A DNA stretch of 64,000 bases, from contig OW569378.1 in the NCBI GenBank assembly GCA_937625935.1, forward strand, positions 393,454 to 457,453. Reading direction: 5' to 3'. The position numbers were made by a program, and so were the translations under genes. This document shows positions 10,779-20,578 of this stretch, one piece after another. This stretch comes from Tetramitus jugosus. Lineage: Eukaryota > Protista > Heterolobosea. The notes under the pieces are model-generated. The model did no database searches, was not told the origin of the DNA, and worked only from the letters and a program-made list of their open reading frames with translations. Each line of letters begins with the position of its first letter. Position 1 is the first letter of the stretch.

Positions 10779-12539
10779 TTATTGATTATTAATCTCAACC
10801 AGTTCATATTGTTGATCCATGGAGCTCTGGTCATTTTCAAGGTGAATTTTCACTCTGTTCACTGCAGTGGTCGAAGGTTTGTTGTTTGCCCATTGATACT
10901 GTCTAGCTTCTTCTTTAGCAACGTAGGATCGAGTGATTCGAAGGTTGGAACTTAATCGATCTGCAAATGATTTGTCAATTGCCACATCTCCTGTTTTAGA
11001 GCTATCTTCTGTGAATGGTTGAGCTTGAGTGTTTGCTGCAGTGTTCACTTGATTCACAGTCGATTGTGGCAATTGTTTGGTCTCAAACACGATGGAATCT
11101 GCTTCGTTATTCACAAAGGAACAGTTATGGATCTTGAATTGAAAATCTTTGAGGTTTGGGTGGTCCAGATAGATGACTCCATAGCTTCCCTTCTTGGTTG
11201 GATTGATTGCCTTGCTGTGAATTTCACCTGTTCCCAAGCAACAGCGTGTAAAGTGACAATCATTGAGAGAGACCAAGCACTCTGACGACTGGGGAACATT
11301 CCTTTGATTGGCGATACGAATCGCATACTTTCCCAATCGATCAAAGTAACAATGGTTCATAATGACACTTGAGTTTTGAACGGCCAACGCAGCATCTTCA
11401 TTCTCAAACTTACAATAAGAGAACTCTCCTATTGAATACTGATCCAATCGCACCAAATCTGACACTTCAAACTGTTCACTCGGTAGCGAACTGAAACGGA
11501 TTTGATGAAACCTTGCGAAACAATTTTTCAATTTAAGAGAACACTTTTTCGATGGTCCTCTCGGTTCAATCTGTATGACAACATCGGTCACTGCTTTTTC
11601 TTCACATTTCGAACTCTTCATTCCAATAATTTCCAATGTCTTACAACTTTCGATACATCGATTACTTGCAATGTAATGATCTCCTGGTGGTAGCAGAATA
11701 ATGTCTCCACTGTTGAGACGACCAGGTTCCAACACATCATCCAATGAACCGTACTGATACACTTCAATAAATGGATACTTGTGCTTGAGCATGCATTGTT
11801 GAAAGAATGGATCCGATTCATGAGTGTTCGGATTGGCTGTCATGAGTGGAATATGGATGGTTAGTGACGCGAGATTCCTCTCTGGAAATTGGTCAGATGG
11901 CTCCATCAGATGACCCAGAGATTGAAAGAATTGAGTTACTTGAAGGATACGATGTTGTTTGTATGCTTCGTCATTGTCTTCCTTCTCTTCTTGAAGTTCA
12001 ATCGGCTGGACTTCTTCAATGGTTAGTTTTTGCTTTTTGTGAGACGACGATGATTGTTGAGATGTTGTAACCGCACTGAGAGGTCGTTTGGTGCCCAATT
12101 TTTTCTCCTTTTCTTTTTGTTTCTTCTCCAATAGGAATTGAATCAATTTGTCCTTGAGTTCGACCTTTGTCCCTGCTTCGTTCAATCCATACTTTTCTAA
12201 TTCCAATTGCAATTCATGGAGTGATAGATGACCAATACGACTCTCTATTTTTCTTCTTTGTCGTTCTTCTTCGCTCTTCTCGTCTCGGTTACTGTTTTGA
12301 AGTTCCATTTCCTTGTTTTTCTCTTGATACTGTTGCCACAGAGTTTGTAAAGTATTAAAATCGAACCGGTCATCATCTGGCGTTTTACTGTCATTTTTAC
12401 CTACAGTAGATTCCTTTTGGATATCTTTCCGTTTGTGTCCATGTTTAGTGGAAGCTGGTTGAAGGAAGGCTGGAAGAGGGAGTTGACTCTGGATCGAGAT
12501 ATCTGAATCTGAAGCTTTGTTAGCTGATGTTTCGACCAT
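10779..12539 (-). CDS. SAP-domain plus right-handed beta-helix (pectin-lyase-like fold) protein
   Basis: LHELQLELEKYGLNEAGTKVELKDKL (SAP); GDIILLPPGDH...LEIIG and repeated xxCxF beta-helix rungs. Confidence 0.7.
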   Translation of the reverse strand: MVETSANKASDSDISIQSQLPLPAFLQPASTKHGHKRKDIQKESTVGKNDSKTPDDDRFDFNTLQTLWQQYQEKNKEMELQNSNRDEKSEEERQRRKIESRIGHLSLHELQLELEKYGLNEAGTKVELKDKLIQFLLEKKQKEKEKKLGTKRPLSAVTTSQQSSSSHKKQKLTIEEVQPIELQEEKEDNDEAYKQHRILQVTQFFQSLGHLMEPSDQFPERNLASLTIHIPLMTANPNTHESDPFFQQCMLKHKYPFIEVYQYGSLDDVLEPGRLNSGDIILLPPGDHYIASNRCIESCKTLEIIGMKSSKCEEKAVTDVVIQIEPRGPSKKCSLKLKNCFARFHQIRFSSLPSEQFEVSDLVRLDQYSIGEFSYCKFENEDAALAVQNSSVIMNHCYFDRLGKYAIRIANQRNVPQSSECLVSLNDCHFTRCCLGTGEIHSKAINPTKKGSYGVIYLDHPNLKDFQFKIHNCSFVNNEADSIVFETKQLPQSTVNQVNTAANTQAQPFTEDSSKTGDVAIDKSFADRLSSNLRITRSYVAKEEARQYQWANNKPSTTAVNRVKIHLENDQSSMDQQYELVEINNQ

Positions 12540-12876
12540 GCTACTAAGATGTTTCGTTGATCGTTGTGGCAATGGATCTTCAGATTAAAAGTAGTTGGAT
12601 GGTTTGGGTTGGAAAGGACGAAAGAAATGTGCGATCAACCGAAAGTTAGGGACATGTTAATAATAAATGCGAGAATTCCCGCGATACCGAACGTTGAGAG
12701 ATTTCTTTTTTCAGCTGAGTTGAGACGTCGAATGTATTCAACAGAGTTGTTTTCGCCGTTTATCTGTCCCGCTGAACAAACCAATCAACGAGTACCAGTC
12801 CAGATACTTTCATTGGCAATAGAAGCCTCAAGCAAAAGATTTTCAAGATTCTTCTAGATAGGGTTAAAACGCCGGC

Positions 12877-14937
12877 ATGGTTGAACTCAATTCCCAACAG
12901 GTTAACACACTACACAATCAAGAACAGTATTCTGATCAAGGACTCATGAACAAGAAAGACTATGTACGACAAGAGAAGGGCGAGTTGAATGCAAAGGAAA
13001 TGGCATGTTATCAAAAGTTGTTGAGACCATTCGATTCCAGATTCACGTGTCCATTGTCGAATCAACTGTTATCGGATCCTGTGTTCATAGAGAAGGGTCA
13101 AGACGAACATGTAATGTTTGAGCGAAAGGCACTCTTGGTTTCTCCTGAAAGGATTGGATCAGAAAAAGTAAAAACGAACTCTTATTTTGTAAACTCCTTG
13201 AAGGAGTATCGAGAAGGAATGACTGAAAAATGCTACAAGTTTGCTCGAAAACTGTTGCATGACAACAAGGGCTACGAAGAAACATTAAAAGTAGTGGATC
13301 TAGGGTTGACCTGCGATTGCTCCCCGCATTTTTCAACCCTTGTTTCGAGTTCCTCACAGTTGTCAAAAGATGAGAGGGATCGAATGATAAAGAGAAGATT
13401 GGATATGTTGCATTACAAGTTGAGATGCCTAACAAAGTTAGGAAATGGCCACGACGAAGAAAATCTGAAAACCAGAATTGAATTGACGGTGTTGTTGGGT
13501 GAGCGGTTGTCTGATGATACTTCAGTTGAATCGAAGAACACTTTAGTGGCTGACATTCTTCACTTACTACGCTCGACATTAATGGGAGGTATGATAATGG
13601 ATGCTTCTATTGAGCAAAAGTGTCAATTATTGAGGGTCTTCTTGCACAACTTTCAAGCGGTGTTCGATAAGTGGAATTCAAGGATCGATACTTCTACTGC
13701 CAAAACTACCAATTTTTCAGTAAGTGAGGTGAATCATCTCATGATGAATGGAATAGATTGGATAGTAGAAAGAGGAGACAACAAAACAAATGAAGAACTT
13801 TGCTCGCTATACATCCATGCGATTGGATTGCTCGACTCTCATTGTCGATTGAATACAATACTCAAATTAATCGACAACAATGATCTACGACTGAGAAGTG
13901 AACAGATCATTGTGTTGTGGGATGTTCTTCAGCGAAAACACATTCAATCCTCAGATATCTCACGAATTGATCAATCAATCCTCAACACGATAAGAAATAG
14001 CAAATGGACCAACAATGAAAGGAAGTTACTTGCACAAAAGGTGAGACAATTGATCAACAAACTTAACATCGAGAAAACCTCTCTTTCTTCCCAGTTACTA
14101 TCTACACTTGAGGAAATTGAAAGTTGTAAAGTTGAGCCTGAAAAACCTGCCCAGAAAGCACAGGAAGTGGTTGTTCAATGCACATCTAATGTCCCATCCG
14201 AATTCAAGAAGAGAGGTAGTTACAGTGATACAGAAGCTCCAAAACTGTTTCAACCAGAACAGAGGTTCGCTCGGAAGCCATCCCGAACTCAAAGTGCTGA
14301 CTTTGCAGAGGTTTCAGCAGCCCGAAGTGAGTTCAGTCCCTCATACTCCAAGCAAGCCAAACAAATAGAACAACTTCAAAACATTGTGACGAAGCAACAG
14401 AGAGAAATTGATGAACTAAAGATGTTGTGCATTCAACTATCGACAACGAGTCGTACTGCACATCCCGAATTGATATACAATAGCGCTCTCTTAAGTGGCC
14501 GATGCGATGTATTTGTCAAACGGGACCACACCAAAACAACTATAGGAGAGTATTACTTATCCCAGGTGTTCGACTTGTGTGGATTTCAATGGCTTCTCAT
14601 GATCTATCCTCATGGAAAGAAGAAGGCCAAGTATTGTTCTGTTAATCTTCGGCTCGTCAATTGCCCCAACGATATCATTCTCCAAATCAGAGCTCAATAC
14701 TCCTTTTCCATGAACAACAACACGTGGAATAGAGAAAGGACCTTTTGTGCCGGCGGAAGAGGATGGGGAACAAAAAATTTTTGTTTGAAGGAGTTGTTCG
14801 ACAAGGAAGAAACAACAGTCGCGGGAAACAACTCTGGACACTTATTCACAGTTCAGATATCAATTGAAGAACTAAAAGTTTTCAAGACGAGAGAAGAACA
14901 AACACAGTTCAATCTGCTCCACCAAATTGAGATTTAA
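12877..14937 (+). CDS. U-box, helical/coiled-coil and C-terminal MATH domain protein (TRAF-like E3 ligase)
   Basis: FTCPLSNQLLSDPV...FERKAL (U-box); SQVFDLCGFQWLLMIYPHG...SVNLRL...GWGTKNF (MATH). Confidence 0.8.
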   Translation: MVELNSQQVNTLHNQEQYSDQGLMNKKDYVRQEKGELNAKEMACYQKLLRPFDSRFTCPLSNQLLSDPVFIEKGQDEHVMFERKALLVSPERIGSEKVKTNSYFVNSLKEYREGMTEKCYKFARKLLHDNKGYEETLKVVDLGLTCDCSPHFSTLVSSSSQLSKDERDRMIKRRLDMLHYKLRCLTKLGNGHDEENLKTRIELTVLLGERLSDDTSVESKNTLVADILHLLRSTLMGGMIMDASIEQKCQLLRVFLHNFQAVFDKWNSRIDTSTAKTTNFSVSEVNHLMMNGIDWIVERGDNKTNEELCSLYIHAIGLLDSHCRLNTILKLIDNNDLRLRSEQIIVLWDVLQRKHIQSSDISRIDQSILNTIRNSKWTNNERKLLAQKVRQLINKLNIEKTSLSSQLLSTLEEIESCKVEPEKPAQKAQEVVVQCTSNVPSEFKKRGSYSDTEAPKLFQPEQRFARKPSRTQSADFAEVSAARSEFSPSYSKQAKQIEQLQNIVTKQQREIDELKMLCIQLSTTSRTAHPELIYNSALLSGRCDVFVKRDHTKTTIGEYYLSQVFDLCGFQWLLMIYPHGKKKAKYCSVNLRLVNCPNDIILQIRAQYSFSMNNNTWNRERTFCAGGRGWGTKNFCLKELFDKEETTVAGNNSGHLFTVQISIEELKVFKTREEQTQFNLLHQIEI

Positions 14938-15124
14938 TACAACCCAGCTGTGTATCTGTGAATTTTTGGGTATTCTTTTCCCTCAGTCCGACGACACCTG
15001 TCGAAAAATGTCACAATCTCTCCATTGTTCGTCATCCCAAAAGAACAGTAAGCAAAAAACCAAAAAAAACCAAAAATCTTCTTGTTGCTCTCTGTTGTGA
15101 ATTGTGAGTTCTTTCGAGGGTGAA

Positions 15125-18100
15125 ATGAGTGATAGCACGAGTTCTACTTCTTCTACCCAACAACAACCACAACAACAAACCGTTGTGGAAGAAGCAACAA
15201 GTCAACCACAAGTCAGCAACACTGAAACAAAATCACAAAAGCAACAACAAAATCTGAAAGAACCGATTGCTGTATGTGTTGCCAATAGTGATAGTGGTGC
15301 TTGGTTTCACAAAACAAAATTTTTTGGATCTTTTCCAGCTCGATCCAATCATTGGGTATGTGCCCCCGTGTTGTTGTTGTTGCTTGTTGTTGCTTGTTGT
15401 TGTGTTTGTTTTTTGTGTGGAACCAACCGCCTTTTTAGCTCTTTGGTGTTTTTACGAGTGTCAAAAGCTTTTGTTACTGTTTTAAAAAAAGATGTGCGCC
15501 AGTGTACTGACAGTGTTGATAATCAATGAATGAATATGAAATATTTTTTGTTTTGCTATCATTGTTCATTGTTTATTGTTTATTGTTGTTCATGACTGCG
15601 ACGAAAAAGGGTCTCTCATTCTCTCACAACAAATTCCTGGTGCAAGGCGGCGTTTGCGACAACAAAAATCTCCATCGAACCATTTACGTTTTTGAGCGAC
15701 AAGCGAACAATACATGGTTCAGCACGAGTGCACCTGTTCAGAATCCACAAGACGCTCCTCCGCGCATCTGGAATCACACGGTCGTTTACTATCCGAAACA
15801 AAACTCCATTTATGTTTTTGGTGGCAGAAATCATTTACGATGCTTTCAAGAGACGTTTGTTTTGCAGTTGGATCCTGTTTGGTTGTGGTCAAAGATTATT
15901 TCTGTTCATAAGGTGAATCATCGATACAGTGTGCCTCTATCGACATCGACTGCGAATACTGCTTCGATGAATGGCAGCAATAATATTAATAATAACAAGT
16001 TGAGAATTCCGTGCAGGAGACATGATCATACGGCAGTGTTGATTGGCAATGAAATGGTTGTTTTTGGTGGAATGAGTGATCACAGTTTGAACAGGAGGGT
16101 GTTGAATGATGTTTGGGCGTTGGACTTGGATAATCACACGTGGAGAGATGTGATTGTATCGGTGAAAAATGGTGTGCCTGTTGAGAGGTACTCTCATGCT
16201 GCTATTGCGTTGGACGATGGGAAGAGTATGATGATTTGGGGAGGTGTTTCGAAAACGGGTCACAAGTTGAACGATTGTTGGATATTTGATTTGGGATTTA
16301 AATCGTGGAGACAGGTCATTTTAACAGGTACGGCTCCTCAGGCGAGAGTGGATTGTCAACTTGTGAGTATTGGCAGTGGTTTGGTCATTGGTTTCGGAGG
16401 ATATAGTAACATGCGGTATCACAAGGACTTTTTCGCGATTGATTTAGTCAAGAACCGATACATTGCGGTTGATGTCCCGAGAAAGGAGTTACCAAGTGCC
16501 AGAAAGGGTCATTCGTTGACTATGTTGCAAAAGAGTGGTTCATTTGATAATGTTGTTGTCATGTTGGGTGGCAATTCGAGAAAGCGAGGAAGATTGGATG
16601 ATATGTGGTCCATTGATGTTCAATTATTGAAGAATCGATTGCTCTACACTGGAAAGAATCTTGCTCAATCCCTCAGCGATCACAACGCAAAATATGACCG
16701 AATTACGAAGTGTATTGAAGAATTGGAGCACCACATGTCCAATCCTGAAATTGAATCCAAGAAGGAGTTGGTTCCAGTGAAGAATTTAGACAAGGGAGAG
16801 ACAGTTGAGGTCGAATTCGAAGCCAATGAACTCACGGCACTGTACATGGACCGAATGATTCTCGATACAGAGCGTAGAGATTTCAACAAGGCCATGGATG
16901 CACTGAAGAAGTTAAAGGACATTTCGAGCACTGATGTATCCTCGTTAGAGACAGCAGCACTCGTGTATTATCATTGTGGAGACCTTGATCAAGCAAGAGA
17001 GCACTTGGATCGTGTTGACCGAAACCAGTTGAGTGTCGAAGGTCACATTCTATTGACTCAAGTATACTTGGCTTGTGGAAGCACGACCCAGGCAACCAAT
17101 TGTGTCAAGGACTTGTTGGACTCGCGTGGCAAGCAATTAAAATCGAATCAAGTTAGCGAACTGAGCGAGTGGAGAAATTATCTTTCAAAGCTCGGTACTC
17201 CAAACACCAGAGGTCGCAGAGGCACTATTCTAGGACCCGCTCCCCATTCGAATCTAGCGACTACTCTGCCAGATCAAATGATTGCTTACACAGAGACGAT
17301 TGACGACGCATTCTATGAAGCCGAGTTCGATGATGCAACAGAAGATACAATGAATGACCAGACGGAAGCGGACCTGAGAACCTCTGTGCCTGACGATCAA
17401 CCAAACCAACAGAACTCCCATGACATTATTATTGCAGGTGGTGCATCCTGTGGTTTGAAAACAATGTTACAAAACTGGAGAGCAGCATTAGTGCAGAGCG
17501 TCAGTCCAAACGAGTGTGAGCACTACCGATCCAAGATACGGAATCAAACAGTGGATATACTTTTTGCTTGTGTTGATCTGATAGAAATGTTTAATGCGAG
17601 TATCGAGATACAGATGCGAGAGTCATTGGATATTGTTTTTAACCGCGAGCGAATGTTGTTTGAGCAGGCACAGGCCGAACGAATTCAAGCAATTCGAGAC
17701 TTGAAGGAAAAGAACAGATCAGACTACACAGAAGATGATTTTGTGTTGGTTGGTACATTTTGTAGAGATCGTGCCGTTCGAACAGTCATCAAGTCTCTGT
17801 ACGAAATTTTGAGCTACATGGATGAAAAACAGTTGTGTATCGAGCCTGTGTCCACACTTCTCACGAGTGATATTCACTATTACATGAATGAACAGAATGT
17901 AGCTCGTATAATATGTTCCGGTTCACTCTTTCCAATTATTGCCTCTGATGTGCTTCGAATTGCTCATAAACAGCATTTCTTCTATCCGGCACATTTACAT
18001 TCAGGGGAGGAAGAACAAGCATATGAATCAGACTATCCTATTCTAGAGTTGATGTACAAAAAGATTCCATACAACATTGTTTCGGTTCGAGATGTGCAGA

Positions 18101-18696
18101 GTGTATTTAATGTAGAGTCAGGTGAGAGCATCGCTGTTGATTTGCATCAACGATTCCCTCATTTGAGTTGTGTTGTGCTCGTAGCCAACTTGGCAGACGT
18201 GTTTAGCAAGCACAACAGCTCACTGAATGAAGGAGAAGAAGAGTATGCTGTTCTGTCAGGAGGTGTCACCTACAATAAGAACAGCAGCTCTTCTATCGTT
18301 GCAAGTTTGAGATTATTCCATGCAATTTGCAATGACTTGGCATTGGCAGATAAGCCCGTAGTGATTTTGTTTACGCACTGCGATGAGTTCGCTAGAATGT
18401 GCAATAGTGTGGCAAAGGTGAACAGCCCTGGTGTTTATTCCTTGCAGAATGTGTTGCCAAAGTTCTATCTCCCAGCAGCAGACAGTGGTATCAGTTTAGG
18501 CAAGAGTGTGTCTGTCTTTTTGGAGAAGTGTTTCAATGACCTAAATGAGACCAACTCCAATTCGACACGAAGGTTGCATTTCCGTTATTTTGATAGCAAT
18601 GAACAAGCTCAAGCCATGGCGATTTTCAAGTTTGTGGACAGTGTTGCGAATGCTGTTCGTGCACATAACATTTTGAAGGACATGAAAATGCTGTAA
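15125..18696 (+). CDS. Kelch beta-propeller, TPR and degenerate heterotrimeric G-alpha domain fusion protein
   Basis: Six Kelch repeats (R..H....GG...D.W); TPR-like helices; C-terminal ~420 aa colinear with G-alpha. Probable exon 1 15125-15355 and intron 15356-15609 (GTATGT...AAG). Confidence 0.8.
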
Positions 18697-19158
18697 ACTA
18701 CGAACTAGAGCGTGCCATAAATGTTGAATGGTGATGTGTACTACAACAATAAAGTTCCTCAACTCACCAAGTGGAACTGTCCATCTGTATGCGAATTCAT
18801 CGCACCTGGGAGCAGCACAAAAGAGCTATTTAGCTTCCAAACATCAAGATTCACACCAAACATCGCCCACACGTCGAAAGAAAAGATTCGGTCTAACCGG
18901 TAACGAAAACGCGCCAAACCTCGAACTGTCAACCATAGTCAATAAAAGGAAAAGTAACAGCACCCCGAGATACCGTTCGAACCAAAACCCACTTGTCACT
19001 GAAACACGAGAGAGAGCAAACAACAAACAAACTGCTGGCTACTACACTCAACAATATAATACTACTTATATCCTCAGGCTACCCCACACAACTACCAACT
19101 CACCTTCTTGTACATACATATCACAACAACAACAAATAACAACAAACAACAAACAACA

Positions 19159-20013
19159 ATGACACATCTTCACCAACATCTCAAAAGAAACAGGAACAAT
19201 AGGCTTGACTTGTATCTTATAGGATCAAAAAACGTTGGAAAATCTGCTTTAATATCCAGATTCCAATCTTCTCCACTACCACTTGACTTGAACAGACATC
19301 CTAGAAACAAGGTTCGTTTGCACGAGCTTTCCTCAAAGGATGTGCTTCAGTTTGTAAAGGATGAACACTTTTTGCATGAACACTGTGGATTCATGTTTGT
19401 ATATTCTGTAGATGACCAGGATTCGTTGGAACAAGCACAACTTGCTTATCGGACCTTGCTCTTTCTTCAAGAAGAACAAGGCTTTACGACAAGGTTGTCA
19501 GCTGTCATTGTCGGAACAAAATATAATTGTCCGTTAACTACGGATGACCGACAGCAGTCGGAGCGGCCACATGATGACTTCTCCTCTCTGCCATGGTACT
19601 TGACAACGATTGATGAAAATGAGAAGCATCTAACATCTAACAAGAGGCCTTTGCACAGTCATACGCCGTTTGATCATTTAATACAAATGGTTCACGACCG
19701 TTATCACTACCTTCAAGAGATGGCAGCTTGTTGGAATGATGATCAGCCAATCGTCAGTGAAGAAGTTGAGCTATCACAACAAGCAGAAGAAGAAACTGAA
19801 GAGCAAGAAGAAATACCAGAGAACTATTCTCCACCACAGATGATTTCCCTACCTTCAGTTGCAAGCATGGTCCATGTCGCACAAATGTCGACGAGTATAA
19901 CGGTTCCGATGAGCGGACAAGAGCAACCAAGTGCCACCGAACCAGCTGTTACACCTCGGTTGAACGCTGTACCGGATCCAACCAAGGACACCGCTGCAGA
20001 CGTTCCTGAATAA
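19159..20013 (+). CDS. Divergent Ras-superfamily small GTPase-like protein
   Basis: LYLIGSKNVGKSALISRF P-loop; GFMFVYSVDDQDSL; VIVGTK. No DxxG (G3) motif and no CaaX. Confidence 0.65.
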   Translation: MTHLHQHLKRNRNNRLDLYLIGSKNVGKSALISRFQSSPLPLDLNRHPRNKVRLHELSSKDVLQFVKDEHFLHEHCGFMFVYSVDDQDSLEQAQLAYRTLLFLQEEQGFTTRLSAVIVGTKYNCPLTTDDRQQSERPHDDFSSLPWYLTTIDENEKHLTSNKRPLHSHTPFDHLIQMVHDRYHYLQEMAACWNDDQPIVSEEVELSQQAEEETEEQEEIPENYSPPQMISLPSVASMVHVAQMSTSITVPMSGQEQPSATEPAVTPRLNAVPDPTKDTAADVPE

Positions 20014-20092
20014 AAAACAAATATGTCAACAAAGGAAAATATTTTACAAATCTAATATACAAAAACAAAGCTTTTTTCCTTTGGGAGGTATT

Positions 20093-20524
20093 CTATGACT
20101 CGCTAATCAACTCTGAATTCTTGTTATTGATTGATATGACTGGTGGATGGTGCTTATCGCCAAAAGGGTAGAAATTGGTTAACTTCTCTGTGTGATGGCG
20201 TTTGGATTCCTTTAGTTCAAATGGAAACACCTTTGGTTGAATAAAACCGGCTCTTGGTTCCTTGGACTTTTGTCTACGCTTTCCCAAGGGATCCCATTCG
20301 TGAGTAAACCTTTCTTCTCTAATGTTTTTCGAGACATGTCTCAGCAGTGAAACTGTCGGTGTTAGACGTAGTGTTCCCTGGTTGACCGAGATACCCAATG
20401 CACATTCGGAGAGTAATTTACTATTCATTCGATTCATCTTGCGTCTTATGTGTTGGTTTGAAGAGTACTGTGTGACTTATTGCCAGAGTGACAATACAAT
20501 GTATTTGGCTGATGTATGACTCAT
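20093..20524 (-). CDS. Small basic hypothetical protein
   Basis: ORF 20437-20093 can be extended to ATG 20524 through a putative 30-nt intron 20497-20468 (GTATTG...ACAG) that contains an in-frame stop. Confidence 0.45.
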
Positions 20525-20578
20525 TTCGACTCCTCATTTCGCAAACCTATTTTTTACATTGAGATCACACTGCGGTTA

